A stretch of 64,000 nucleotides of DNA from Cyanophora paradoxa CCMP329 (GCA_004431415.1 QPMI01000511.1:62001-126000), one strand, 5' to 3'; shown: positions 11,006-23,200, counted from the stretch's first letter. Numbers and translations are program-made. Notes: generated by a model from the sequence alone, not told the origin.

Positions 11006-13960
11006 TCAGGCGCCGAACTGCTTCTGCATGCGCTCGAGGCTGCGGACAAGGTCCGGCATGCGTGGCCTCCTCGCCGGCTCCTGCCGCGCCCCCTTTCACA
11101 TGAGCCGGAACTCAGAGCGGGCGGGAGAGCTCGGACCTGGTCCCAGCAGGCCTCGATGGTTTGTCGGATGGGCGCCGCCACGCTCGCCGGCACCGCCAGC
11201 CGCTGGCCCGACACCTGCCCCGCCACACCCCCGCCCGCCTTCAGCCGGAGGGGGGAGGATGCCGGCGGGGCGGGGCCGGGGCGGGCACGGTGAAGTTGAT
11301 GACTTTGCCGAGGGCCCAGCCGGCGAACGGGAGCGCCCCCGTGGCCACCTCCCTGCCCCGGCCCCCGCCTCAGCGCGAGGGCGGCCGGCGCGGGCGCTAG
11401 GCGGGGGCGGACCAGAGGACGACGGCGAAGGAGAAGACGTCGGCGGAGGCGTCGTAGCGCTCGCCGCGCAGCACCTGCACCCCCGCCCGCCCGCCTCGGC
11501 GGGGGCACGTGGGGGCACGCGGGGGCATGCGGGGGGCGGGCGGGCCTCGGGGGCCATGTAGGCGGGGGTGCCGGCGACGTCGTCCCCCGCCACCATCGTC
11601 CGCGCCGTCGCCAGCCCGAAGTCCGCCACCTGCCCGCCCCCCGACCCCGAGCCCTCAGGCGCTGGGGCGGGCGTGGCTGGGAGGGGCGGGGCCGGGCCTT
11701 GACGTTGAGGCCGGCGCGGTCGACGAGGATGTTCGCCGGCTTGAGGTCGCGGTGCTGCCCCCCGCCCGGCCTCAGCTCCCCGGGCGCGGGGGCGCGGGGG
11801 CGCGGGCGGGGGCGGGAGGCGCGCGATCATCTGGGGCCGGGAGAGGTGGAGGTAGGAGATGCCCCGCGCGATCTGCACCGCCACCCGCAGCACCTGGCCC
11901 CCCCCACGCCCCCTCAGGGGACGCGCAGCGAGCGCCGACCCCGCCCCGGCGCGCCTCAGGGACCGAGAGACGCTGCGGGGGCGGAGTCAGCCGGTGGGGG
12001 TGCGTAGGAGGGGAGAGGGGGGGGGCACCCGTCGCGCGATGAGGTCCTTCAGCGTTCCGTCGGGCTGCGGGGGGATGGGGGGCGTCGGGGGTGGGGAGGG
12101 GTACGGAGACGGAGGAGGGGGTACCATGAACTCCGTGACGATGGCCATGTGCTGGGGGTGAGTGCAGGCTCCGAGGTACAGCTGCCATGGAGGGGGGGGG
12201 GGGGGGGGGGGATGTGAGGAGGGGTACGGGACCGAAGGGCGTGCAGGAAGGGGGTACGAGGATGTTCGGGTGGCGGAGGCGTCCGAGGGTCGCGATCTCC
12301 TGCTGGAAGTCCTCCCGCATGGCCCGCGTCCCGTAAGACTGTACCCCCAGCTCAGAGGCTCGCTCAGGCGAGGAGGGGGGGTACGGCGCACGGCGCCCAT
12401 GCTGCCAAACCCGCCGCTCGCGAGGCTCCCGCCGGCAGCCGGGCGCTTGAGCATCTGTGGGGGAGGGGGGGGGTGCGGCTCGCCCGGCGCGGGGGGGTGG
12501 CACAGGTGCGCGGGGAGGGGGGAGCGGAAGGGGGCGGGCCTTGACGGCGACCTGGGTGCCTCTCCAGGTCCCCGCGTACACCGTCGCTGCGCGGGATCGG
12601 GTCGCACGGCCCCAGCGAGGCGGCCTCCCTTCCCGGCCCTCCCCGGGCGGGCGCCTGGCGCCGGCGCACCGAAGGAGCCCTCCCCGACCTTCTCGCCCAT
12701 CTCGAGCTCCGACTGGCAGTCAATCTCCCACTCGTACCGCGTCCTGCCCCCCGCCCGCCCCGCTCAGCCGGCTCCGCCGCAGCTGGGATGGGCGCGGCTG
12801 GCCCGAGAAGTAGAGAGATGGGGGGCGGGGCCGGACCCGGCGGCGTGGTCTTGGACGCTGGGGCGGCCCTGCAGGCGGCTCGTGTCGAGCTGCTCGAGCT
12901 CCATCTCCATCCCCACCAGGAACTCGTCGATCTGCGCCCCGGCGCGCCCCGCGTACATGCATCGGCCCCGGGGGCAGCGGCGGGCTCGCTGGGCGGCTGG
13001 GCGGCGAGGGGGCGCACGGTGATGCGGCCCGTCCCGAAGAAGTCGACCTCCTTGAAGAGGCGGTTGATCTCGCTTCCCCCGACGCTCGGCATCTGCCCCC
13101 CGCCCCGCCCCGCCCCCGTCAGGGCCCCCCGCCCTCGCCTCCGCACGAGGCTGCGGCAAGGCGGTGAGCGCGAGCGCGCGTACCATCAGAGCCATTCCCT
13201 CCGCGAACTGCGCCGGCGCGCGAGCGCGAGCGAGACGGCGCCGGTCAGCTTCAGCGGTGGCTGGCCGAACGCCGCGCGGAGCGCCGTGACGCTGCGGGCC
13301 AGCGGACCTCATGATAGTCCAGCGCTCCGTTTCTGTTCACGTCCAAGTCGAAGAAGACGCGCGTCCCCCGCATCTGCGCCGGATCAAATGTTGGCCGTCG
13401 CCAGCTAGCTAGCTACGAGCACTGGGACCGGGGCCCGGCGGCACCTTCTGCTCCTCGGACATGTGCGCGAGCAAGCTCAGGGCTTTGCGCGCGTTCTCGT
13501 CTTGGAGCCCGGCCGCGGTGCCTGAGCTGGCTCGCTTGTGGAAGCGCGGGCTCCGCGGCGGCATCGGGCCCGGCGGCCCGTAGCCGTCGCTGGACAGCCG
13601 CTGCCCATAGCCGTGTTGCTGCTGCTGATTCTGCTGCTGATAAGCTTGCTGCTGGCGGCGAGGGGTCATGGGCTCAAGGTCGACGAACTTCGTCGCCGGG
13701 CCGGCGCCGGCGGGGCGCCGCTCGGCCGCTCCGCGAGGCGTACGCGCTTGCTGATCGTAGTGACCGTAGTGATCATACGGATCGGCCTGCACCTGTGGCA
13801 CGTGCGGCTGTCTTGGTGTGTGGGCCCCACTGTGGGGTCGAGGCTGCGGTGACGGATCGCGCCCGCTGCGTGGCGTAAGGCTTCAGAGCGCTAGCCAGCG
13901 GCGCAGAGCTCGCGCGGACCCGGGCCCGAACATCTTGGCGAAGAATTGGCCGACCACCAT
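11006..13960 (-). CDS. Tyrosine-kinase-like (RAF/MLK-type) protein kinase with N-terminal EF-hand-like segment; multi-exon
   Basis: Exons encode GEGSFG, VYAGTWRGTQVAVK, LRHPNI, AIVTEFM, GISYLH, HRDLKPANILVD, VADFGLA, GTPAYMAPE, DVFSFA and IEACW. An EF-hand-like LFKEVDFFGTGRIT-IDEF lies at ~12900-13070. Stop TGA at 11006-11008; ATG 13960 is tentative. Confidence 0.88.
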
Positions 13961-14263
13961 CGAAACGCCGGGCAGGTGCGGGGCACTGCGAGCTAGCTGG
14001 AATGACTTCAATGCGTGCTCACCGCAGCTGGACTAGCTCTGAGCACAGTCGGGCCTGAAGCGGCTCGCTCGCCTTCTCGCGCGCCGGCCGTACGTGTACG
14101 GGTACCGAAATTAAATTCGTTCGCCTCCTCACGTGGCGTACGGGCAATATATAGTAGGGAATTGAAGAAACGATATATCATTGCATTAAGTCGCGACTCG
14201 CGATCATAAGATCCATACTAGTAACTTGCGATGGAGCATCATTGAGGAGCCAGAGCAGGGGGC

Positions 14264-14412
14264 TAATAGATTACGCTGCAAGGCGTGATCAGTTTCTCTC
14301 CGCCGGAGCGCGCTGCCGGGGCCGCGCCCTTACCTCCGGGGTACAGCCTGCGCACGGCCGCCCACAGTACCCCCACTTTCTTTTCGGCTTCGCGTTAGTT
14401 GCAGCTTCGCGG
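14264..14412 (+). repeat. Split direct repeat A1 (149 bp)
   Basis: taatagattacgctgcaagg...gcagcttcgcgg, reading the same as 23201-23349. Confidence 0.95.
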
Positions 14413-14975
14413 AGCTGCAGCCATCGCCAGCATCACAGACGTAGCTAGTGGGAGTCGGGTGAACGAATGGCGTTCCACTGGCCTGTCGACGGTGCGTGAT
14501 CGCAAGAGCGTGCGGTTGGGGGCGCGCGGGGCCGCCTTTGGCAATCCAGCTCCCGCGCCTCGCCTGCGCTCAGCGCCGCGCACTGCTGACTGGCGCAGCT
14601 AGTTAGCGCCAGCCAGCTGCAGCCTTTCCGTACAAGCTTTCCATAGGCGCCTAGTTAGGCAACCATCCCTTCCCACAAACCTTCTTCATAGCTTCATAGG
14701 TAGCTCCCATACCACATTAGAGTCACAGCGCCTGAGAATACTCGGCGCTCGCCGCGTGGCTGGTGCCCGGCGTAGTAGCGTATACAGGTAGCTCTCCGTA
14801 GTGGTCTTGTCTGAATCTCGTAGTACATTATCGTGTGGCACGTAGCATCCCACACTCGCACGCCTGAGCTCGCTCGGCGCCCCGCCGCGTGGCTGTGCCC
14901 GGCGCCGCACTTCCGTAGTAGTAGCTCACGTGGGCTAGAGCAAGACGAGCTGCACGCACATACATCCCCACGCAT

Positions 14976-17900
14976 ATGCCAGGATCCTTATTTTTCTGGC
15001 CGGTCGCAGAGGGCGACGTCGTCGCGTGGTTCGGCGAGAACCGTAGAGAGGAACTTGGCACTGTTACAGCCGAGAACCCTGAGCTGCCGGTATCGGCCAA
15101 GCTCCTGTATCAGGTGCTTCTAGTCGTTTTGCAACCTTTTTCAAGAGCGAACGCGACGGCCCGCCCTCGCCAGATCGCGACCGGCCTGCGCACCGATGAA
15201 GAGCCCAACGCACTGAGCAAACTGCCCGAGGGCGTTGACTGCGTGCTCGTCGGCTGCAGTGAGGCCGGCGCCGTCCACACGTACACATGGAAGACCGGCG
15301 CGCGCGCCGGCACGCTCCGGCACGGCGCGGAGCAGATTACGTTCGAGTTCGAGTTCGGCGAGCTGAGCCCCTGCGGCACGGACTACCGCGTGCTAGTCGG
15401 CCCGGCGCCGGCGGCCGGCGGTCCCGGCCAGCAGCAGACCGTGCACCGGCTCGCCCAGCTGGCGGACGTCGCCAGGGACGAGCCGACGTCGACGGCGGTC
15501 GTGAACGTCCTACGGGGCGTTACACAGTGGTTCGGCCTGGCACTCCTGCCAGCAGAGTCCCGCCCAGCCGGGGTCCGGTCTCTCTTCGACCTGTGGCAGA
15601 TTCTGCCCCCGCATTACACGACAGTGGAGAGCGCGTTTCTCGAGCTCCTCATCGGGGCCGCGCAGAACGCCGCCGGCGTCGGCGCCCAGCAGCTCGCCAG
15701 CGAGCGTCTGAGCGACGCCAATATCCAGCTCGCCCTGGAGAGCCTCTACGCTTTCGCGACGACCCCCCTCGGCCTTGCTGCGCGGGAGACACTCGCCCGC
15801 GGCCGCGTGGTGACGCCGGCGGATATGCTGGCTTTCTCTCCGTCGGCTCTGATGGCGGCCAACGGCAGCTATTCGGATGTGAGCGGAGGGGTGCGGGGCG
15901 ACATGACCCTGCTCTTCGAGGTTTCACGGGCGGCCGCGATTCTGGGCGAGGAGCTGCACGAGGCGGCGCCGGCGTCTTTCCCCCGGGCGGCTAGCTCGGG
16001 CACTGGCTCCGGCCAGGGCGCCGAGGGCCCGCAGGAGCAGTTGCAGCTGCAGCAGCATATGCAGCAGCAGCAGGTGCCGCCGATGCGGATGACCCCGCGC
16101 ATCCGACCCTCGATTTCCGGAGCCGCTTCGGCACGGCTGGCCCCGGGCCCAGGGGGCCTTGCGGCGCCCGGCCTCGGCCGCTCTAGCTTCGCGGCCCGGG
16201 CCACTGGTGCCAGCTCCGGCACCAGGCTGGTTTGCGGGGTAGGCATTCCCCGCTGCGCCCCTCCCCTTGGGCAGACAGCTGAGGCCGCATCGCCGCTTCC
16301 GCAGCCGGAGCCTCGACTTGGTGCAGTCGAGAGTGGCCTCGGCAACGCGATGCGAGAGGCTCGGGCCTCGGCGGCCGCGATGCGTGCTCGCATGCAGGTA
16401 GGCCCGGTGGCCCATGTCAAGCGACCGCCACCGGTCGCGACAGCGCCAATGACGATTTCTCAGCCAGATCCCACGGGGCAGGCCCCCCTGCAGTTCCGGC
16501 GGGACCCCCCCATCTTCCCCAGCCAGGGCCCCGGGGTACGCTTGCCACACCCGCCTGGCTTACCGCGGTTAGCCCGCGCCTCGGCCGACCGCCCACCCTC
16601 GCCCGTTCAGGCTCCGCCTCCCTCGGATGAGGACATGTACGAGGTCGATGAGTTTGAGGGTGCCGGCGGCGCCGGCGGCCCAGCGGCGGCCCCCGCCGCG
16701 GGCCGGGGCACGCCCAGGCGCAGCAGCACGAGCTCTACGCTGCGGCGAAGACGGACCCCGCTTTCGCCAAGCTCATCGGCGCGGCACACGGTGGTGTTCA
16801 TGAGAACATCAAGCGCCAGCCATGGCGCATGGGCGGCCCGCGTCACTTCCTCGCTGGCTCCGGTTTCGGCCTTCAGGGCAGCGGCACCGTGCCGCAGCTC
16901 AAGGCAGGTTCGATCTATCTCGATCGGGCCGCCTGCAACGGCCTCCTCGGCGATTTCAGCCAGCTGACCGACGCTGCGGCGGAGGAGCGGATCGATCTGG
17001 CCCGACAGGCCCAGATCTACGGCTCGTTCATCGGCCACTCGGTCGCGTTCGACTTGTCCAACGGAGCGTTGGCCAGCGCTGAGCTGCTGCTGGCCAAGGG
17101 GCTAGACGTGCTGGCGGCTGCCGATGTCGCCCTGCGCGAGCGCGAGGCCCGCCACGAGCCTGGCATTCAGCTCCTGCGGCACGATCAGCAGGAGCGGCCT
17201 GCCCAGCCGGCGCCGCCAGAGTTTGTTACGCGGGCGCACCTGGAGGATTTCCGGACGCAGCTGATTCAGAACGTCACGTTGAGCCAGGCACAGCAGTGCT
17301 ATCATCTCGCGGCCACGCACTCGCGGGCCGCGGAGCTGCAGCGCCGCCCCATTGAGGTCGATGCCACGTCCGGCATGAAGGCCCTGGTGACCGACGCCAC
17401 AGCGGCGAACACCAAGAAGGGCACCTGCTTCCCCGCCTCGAACACCGCCGGCATGATCGGCGCGGCGGCAAGCTTCAGCCGTGCCCTCACGGCCGTGATG
17501 CGCCCCTCGCCGGCGACGTACGACTTTGTGTACCTCACGAAGGACGGCGCCGCCAATGGCCCCCTGGCCCCCGCATCCATGGATTTCCTTGCGAGCAAGG
17601 ACGCGGTGCGGGTTGAGGGCGCCATGGCGGCCGCTGGCACGACTACGCTGAACCTCGAGTTCAAGCCGCATGCCCCGGGAGCTGCGCCGGAGGAGTGGGG
17701 TAGGCAACTCTGCCCTGCGGGCGAGCGCGCTATAGCGAGCGGTCGCGCGCCCCCTCCCCTCTTGCCGCGCGCGGCCTCATACCAGGGCTCCAAACCGACC
17801 CCGGCCCCCGCATGGCAGGCACCCTTGGTGGCGAGTACAAGCGGGTGCTGGCAGCGGCCGGCGGCTCCACCTGCGTGGCCTCCGCCACGGCCGCTGAGTC

Positions 17901-18373
17901 GGCCCCCCCTGCCGTGCACCCCCGCCCCCCGGCCGCAGCCCCAAGGCCGGGCCGGGGCAGGAGGACCAGTTCCCGTTCCCCACCAAGCGCCAGCGCCAGC
18001 GGACCGTCGGTGCCGCCGCCAATGCTGCCATCGAGCGGGCGGTCTCCCAGGCTCTCATCAGCCAGGGCCAGCTACGGCAGCAGTTCGGTCCCCTCAGCGG
18101 CCCCCAGCAGTTCGCCCCCATGTTTGGCCCGCCGCCGCAGCCGTTCGCGTTCGCCCAGCCCTTCGCACCGCCCCCCCCGGCCCCGTACTTCATCCCCCAG
18201 CAGGGCCCTGCCCCTGGGCAGTACGGAGGCCGCGGTGGCGGTGGGGGTGGCCGCGGGGGGCGAGGCCGTGGAGGTGGCCAGGGCGGCCAGGGGGCCATGC
18301 CCCGCGGGGCGGCCACGTGCATGGATACGGCGGCGGCCAGCAGGACTACGGAGGCCAGAGCTACTACGAGTAG
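14976..18373 (+). CDS. Gag-like ORF1 of the YR retrotransposon (frameshifted; spans ORFs 14976-16967 and 16829-18373)
   Basis: Lies directly upstream of and overlaps pol, and is intronless. The second frame reads open upstream from ~16700 (GHAQAQQHELYAAAKTDPAF). The C-terminus is Pro/Gln- and RGG-rich (GGRGGGGGGRGGRGRGG...GGQSYYE*). Confidence 0.6.
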
Positions 18374-21023
18374 TTCTAGCAGTTCCCCTGCCTTGGACCC
18401 GCGGTCCCGACGGCCGGGCTTGTCACTACCCCCGGCGACACGCCCTCGCCTCGCGCCGCCGACTTTCCTGCTGTCTCGCTTAGAGGCGGGCAGGGCCGTC
18501 GAGCTGCAGTCTTGTTTCCCCCTTGTAGACCTCATCAGCCTCTCCCCTCATGCAGCCCCACAGCGCTGCCCGCGTGCACCGACAGACGGGGGCCCGGAGC
18601 TAGATCGCCTGCGGACACTTGTTAAGGCACATGGGCCGCAGCCCCCATACGATTTTGCACGTCACAAAGCCGCGTTTAGGGCGGGGCAGCTGCGCGAGGC
18701 GGCCCCCGAGTGGCGCCGCCGCTTCCGGGCAGCAGGCATCGAGGTGCCGGCACGCGTGATGCTTTGGCTGGAACAAGGCTTCAAAATTCCGCTGCTCCGC
18801 CCCGGCACCCCGGCAACCGCCCGTTGGGACCCGGCCAACGCGGCAACACCGGAGGACATTCCCCCTTTCTGCGAGCGCAACCGCCCCTCGTGTTTCATCG
18901 AGGTCGACGGTGCCAGTGCACGCGAATTCATTGACCGGGACGTCCTCGAGGACGAGTCCATCGGGGTGATTGACGAAATACACCCCCCCATGTGGCCGCC
19001 GCCCGCGCATTACTCGGCGCTGCACGCGGTTCCCAAGAAGGGTGCGGATCGCTTCCGTCGGTGCCTCGATGCCCGGCGCATCAACGAGTTCATTCACCTC
19101 CGCCGTTTTCGGTATCAAACGCTTGATGACGTCCTAGCCATCATTCGGAGCCTCCGAGGCCTCGATCTGTACCTCCTTGCGTACGATCTGCGCAAGGGAT
19201 ATTACCACATTGCCCTGGCGCGCATCACGGCCATCGTGCTGGTCTTTGCTTGGACCTTCCTGAATGGCATCACGCGCGTTTTCTGTTACAACGCCTTGCC
19301 CTTCGGCGTCGCGCTCGCGTGTTACGTGTTCACGAAAGTGATGCGGGCTTTTGCCAAGTATTGGGCTGCCTTGAAGGTCCTCCTGGGCACGTACCTCGAC
19401 GACGGCCTCTTCATCTGCCGCTCGTTAGAGGAGGCACTTCTGGTGTCCGAACACCTTCGGTGGCTTGCCCCACTCCTGCGCCTCACCTTTTCGGATAAAG
19501 GACATGTCGATGCGCCGACCCGGCTGCTCATTTACCTCGGTCTCGGCATTGATGTCGGACGCGGCGAGTGCTTCCTCCCGCCCAAGAAGCTCGATAAGCT
19601 CCTCGGCGTGCTTGTGCCTCTTGTGGGCAAGGAGGCGGCCCCCGCGCGAATCCTGCAGAGTATTGCAGGCTCGCTGAATGCAGCCCGGCATGCCGTAGTG
19701 GGCGCACGGCTCGTGGCTCGCCCGCTCACGAACGCGGTCGCTCAGGCGGAGACCCTTGGGTCCGGCAGCGCGGCAGCCGTCCCGCTGAATGCTCTGGCCC
19801 GCCGCGCAATCCGCTGGCTGGCAGAGTACCTGCCGCTTGCCCCCCCTGCCCCCCTTTGGCGACCCGAACAGGCGTATCGCTTGTTCACCGATGCGTCCGG
19901 CCTGGGTTACTGCGCGGCGCTCGATGCGCGCCCCTGCGCGTCCCCCGATTCGCTGGACGCCGCTCCCTGCCGCTCGATCTTTGGCACGTGGCCAGAGGAC
20001 ATCCGGGGCGAAGATAACAGCTGGCGCGAACTGCGGGCCGTCGTGATTGCCGCCGCCGAGCTCTTTCCCCTCGTCCGCGGCTCGCACATCCTCGTGCGCT
20101 GCGATAATTCCTCGGCTGTGGCAGCCGCGGTTCGCGGAAGCCTGTCGGAAGGAATGATGGACCTCGCGTTGCGCCTTTTCGGCCTTTGTGCTCAAGCGGG
20201 CGTCACGCTTGATGTGCTGCATATCGCCGGCCGACGCAACGTCCTGGCGGACGCCGGCTCGCGCACTCGCCGACCTACGCTGCACTGGGGCCTCGCGCGG
20301 CGCATTCGCCACTGGTGCGGTGGGACCACCTGGCCACACGTACACGTGGCATCGCGGCACGACGCCCCGTTTGACGGATCCGCACGCACCCCTGCGCTGT
20401 ACACCGTCGATGCACGGCTGCGCTCGGAGTTCCTCGCCTGGCTCTGCACGCATGGCAGCGGCTCTGCCTGGTTGGTCCCGTACCTGCCCGGCACGTCCTC
20501 CTGGCTGGCGCTGCAGCTTGCAGCGTCCCAGCGAGGCTGGTTCCTGCAGGCGCTCCCCGCAGAGTGGCGCCTTCCGCGGGACTTGTTCTTTGCGGAGGGC
20601 ACCGGGGGGGCCGGTGGGGTCGGGCTAGGAGCCTCCCCGTGGCCCCTGTACCTCTGCGTCGCGAGCGACGCTGACTGGGTGCTGGGCCGGCCGCAGGGCG
20701 CTTCTTCGCCCCGCACTTCGCCCCCCCACCCGTCCCCGTCGGCGGCTACTGGCCCTACGGCCCCGGCGGCTACTACCACGCAGCCCTCCCGGCGCCCGCG
20801 CCATCGCCGCCGCCGACCGGTCTCCGGACCATCGCCAGCCCAGGACGCAACCCTGGGACTGCCAGCGCCGGGCGTGCGGACCCAGGCTCCACCGTTGGCG
20901 CAGTCGCTGCCCCAACTGGGGCGCCAGCCAGCAGCGCTCCCGTCCCGCAGCCTCGAGCTCGACCCGTGGGCGCCGGCGGCGCCACCGGTGCCCGCACGGC
21001 TCACGCCGCACGGCCTGAGCTGA
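18120..21023 (+). CDS. Reverse transcriptase-RNase H (pol) of the YR retrotransposon
   Basis: RT motifs: VPKKG..RFRRCLDARRIN, YDLRKGYYHI, LPFG, YLDD, YLG. DIRS-type RNase H motifs: LFTDASGLG, NSWRELRA, VRCDN, HIAGRRNVLADAGSR. The true start is probably ~18320 or later. Confidence 0.95.
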   Translation: MFGPPPQPFAFAQPFAPPPPAPYFIPQQGPAPGQYGGRGGGGGGRGGRGRGGGQGGQGAMPRGAATCMDTAAASRTTEARATTSSSSSSPALDPRSRRPGLSLPPATRPRLAPPTFLLSRLEAGRAVELQSCFPLVDLISLSPHAAPQRCPRAPTDGGPELDRLRTLVKAHGPQPPYDFARHKAAFRAGQLREAAPEWRRRFRAAGIEVPARVMLWLEQGFKIPLLRPGTPATARWDPANAATPEDIPPFCERNRPSCFIEVDGASAREFIDRDVLEDESIGVIDEIHPPMWPPPAHYSALHAVPKKGADRFRRCLDARRINEFIHLRRFRYQTLDDVLAIIRSLRGLDLYLLAYDLRKGYYHIALARITAIVLVFAWTFLNGITRVFCYNALPFGVALACYVFTKVMRAFAKYWAALKVLLGTYLDDGLFICRSLEEALLVSEHLRWLAPLLRLTFSDKGHVDAPTRLLIYLGLGIDVGRGECFLPPKKLDKLLGVLVPLVGKEAAPARILQSIAGSLNAARHAVVGARLVARPLTNAVAQAETLGSGSAAAVPLNALARRAIRWLAEYLPLAPPAPLWRPEQAYRLFTDASGLGYCAALDARPCASPDSLDAAPCRSIFGTWPEDIRGEDNSWRELRAVVIAAAELFPLVRGSHILVRCDNSSAVAAAVRGSLSEGMMDLALRLFGLCAQAGVTLDVLHIAGRRNVLADAGSRTRRPTLHWGLARRIRHWCGGTTWPHVHVASRHDAPFDGSARTPALYTVDARLRSEFLAWLCTHGSGSAWLVPYLPGTSSWLALQLAASQRGWFLQALPAEWRLPRDLFFAEGTGGAGGVGLGASPWPLYLCVASDADWVLGRPQGASSPRTSPPHPSPSAATGPTAPAATTTQPSRRPRHRRRRPVSGPSPAQDATLGLPAPGVRTQAPPLAQSLPQLGRQPAALPSRSLELDPWAPAAPPVPARLTPHGLS

Positions 21024-22081
21024 GCGTGCACCCGCCACGGCCGCCCCCCTCACAGCGCGTCCGTTCGCTGCTGGCGAGTGCCCGGGCGACCCAGGCGGCC
21101 TCCATCCAGGGCACAACCCGTGCCAAGTACGACGTCTGGTGGGGCTGGTACCTGGCCTTCTGCGGGGGCGAGCTCGACCCTGTTGAGTCGGACTCGCTCC
21201 TTGCCTTTGCCGCCCACCTAGAGAGTGAGGGCAAGAAGGCAGCGTACCTTGCCAAGATCCTCTCGGGCATTCGTTGGCAGCTGGCGGCACGGGGCCTGGA
21301 GCCCCCGCCCCCCTCCACGACCCGCCTCTTCCTGCGTGGGGCCGCGCAGCGGAACCCGCAGACGACGCAGCAGGCTACCCCCCTCGAGTCGTCGATGCTC
21401 GATGCCTGGCTGCGGTCTCCCGCCCTGGCGTCGAAGCCAGTGGCAGCGGCCCTAGCAGACGTGGCGATGGTATTGATCGGCATCGCCTGCCTGCTTCGGA
21501 GCGAGCAGGTCCTCCACCTCCGCCACTGCGACGTCGTCGTGCTCATCGGCACCCCGGGTTTCGATTTCTCCTTCCCGTGGGAGAAGACCAACCCTGGCGC
21601 CTTGAAGCCGGCACGTGTCGTGCGCGTCCTGGACCCGCCACCGCGGCCCCCCGGGCAGCCCCGCAGCCGCCTGTGGGACTTCGCCCCCGCCGTCCGGGCC
21701 TATCTGGCACGATTCCCGCCCGCGGTCCGGTTGTCCACCGACCTCCTTTTTCGCGGCGCGGACGGCCTCCCCGTGACGTATGATTACATCAACGGATTCA
21801 TTAAGGAGGTGGCGGCCGCCTCAGGCGCTCAGGGCAGCTGGACGTCCCACACACTCCGCCGCACGGGTGCCACCCTGGCAGCCCTTGGCGGCGCCACGAC
21901 GCGCGAGCTCCGCGTCCTTGGCGGCTGGTCCCACCGCAGCACCACCGCCGAGCAGTATGTCGATGCCGCAGTGGTCCTCTCCGGCCGGGGCAGTGCCTAC
22001 ATGACGGCCGGCGCCGGGCTGACCTTACCTCTCGGCGCCGGCCGCGCCGGCGCCGCCAGCGCCGGCGCCCCGCGCCTGTGA
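20966..22081 (+). CDS. Tyrosine recombinase of the retrotransposon
   Basis: N-terminal SAM-like segment (TRAKYDVWWGWYLAFC). Catalytic R (LLRSEQ), K (EKTN), HxxR (HTLRRTGA), W (LGGWS) and Y (EQYV). Confidence 0.93.
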   Translation: MGAGGATGARTAHAARPELSVHPPRPPPSQRVRSLLASARATQAASIQGTTRAKYDVWWGWYLAFCGGELDPVESDSLLAFAAHLESEGKKAAYLAKILSGIRWQLAARGLEPPPPSTTRLFLRGAAQRNPQTTQQATPLESSMLDAWLRSPALASKPVAAALADVAMVLIGIACLLRSEQVLHLRHCDVVVLIGTPGFDFSFPWEKTNPGALKPARVVRVLDPPPRPPGQPRSRLWDFAPAVRAYLARFPPAVRLSTDLLFRGADGLPVTYDYINGFIKEVAAASGAQGSWTSHTLRRTGATLAALGGATTRELRVLGGWSHRSTTAEQYVDAAVVLSGRGSAYMTAGAGLTLPLGAGRAGAASAGAPRL

Positions 22082-22619
22082 TCACGAGCTCGAGCCCGTA
22101 ACCACGGCCACCGGGCCACTGCAGCTGTATGTGCACATACGCCACAGTACAGCATGCACATACGCACGCGATCGTGATCGCAGTGTACATATAGGTGCTC
22201 GCGTAGCACTCAGGCCCGTGCCCGGCGCCAGCACTCGCGCTATAGATCTCTGGCCGCCGGGCTGACGGCGACTCGATCACGTCACATTTGAATTCTCGCT
22301 GCCTGAGGTGTATACGTAAACTTGGGTAGATCTAGCGATAGATAAACCACACGAGGCCCAGAGCCCCTCGCTAGAGTCACGGAGTACTGGGCCGGTCAAG
22401 ATCTCGCGCCCGAGCCGCACTCGAGCTCAGTGAAACGTATATTGCGTACGACTGCTAACTAAATACGTATACGTGCCCAACTACGCATAAATATACATAC
22501 ATATTAATATTCAGAGTGCTATTGACTGGCCGCCTAGCATATATATATACGTCTGCCAGACAATTTATGTCTATCTGTATACAGCGAGAGGTGTGATGCT
22601 GGCCCGGGTACCCTGCCTG

Positions 22620-23200
22620 GCCGGCCGGGCGGTACAGCGTACCTCCGGCTATCATCCATCATTGCTCAATTATTGTAGACGTATAGTATGCTTCTTGAGT
22701 GCGCGCCAAGAGGGCCGACCAGCCCCGGCCGGGAAACATGCAGTGAGGGAACGGTCACCCCGTTTCTTCCCTCCTGCCCCGTGCCGGAAAAAAGATCTGG
22801 TCGCTTTTCCCTCCTGGCCGCGCAGCGGCACACCGGGGCGATGAGATACTCGCCCCGGGGGCTCGCCTATGCTGAGCCTGATCACGAGGCGTCGTCCTCT
22901 CTTTTCTCCCCCGCGCCATTCCCGTGGATCGTGCACGTGCGCGCACGCGCGCCGTGACGTCGATCCCGTGAGTGAAAGCGATAGGCGCAAATGTTATTGT
23001 GTCAACCAATGAGGCCGCACGAGTGAGCGCCCGGCGGCGCTGGCGCAAGCCAGCGCTCGGCAATGACAAGCCGGAGTTCGCCAAGTAATACGTAATATTA
23101 GCGCTCGCTCGTGGCGGCCGACGCGGCCGTGGTTAGATATACGGCAGTGCCCTAAGGGAGGCAGCGCGTGAGCCCGGCAGCTGGCGCACAGAAGGAGAGA
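22620..23200 (+). repeat. Split direct repeat B1 (581 bp)
   Basis: Repeated at 23787-24367 (offset 1167). The duplicated short ORFs translate identically. Confidence 0.95.

Noticed and set aside
12192-12211. Poly-G run (and poly-C at ~33485-33507)
   Set aside because: These are intronic homopolymers consistent with the local intron style. Their lengths are unreliable.
18120-21023. RT as a group II intron, retron, DGR or LTR-element enzyme
   Set aside because: The DIRS-type RNase H, the adjacent YR and the split repeats identify a YR retrotransposon. There is no integrase or protease.
20966-22081. YR as the integrase of the virus
   Set aside because: It is enclosed by the retrotransposon's own repeats and separated from the virus by host genes.
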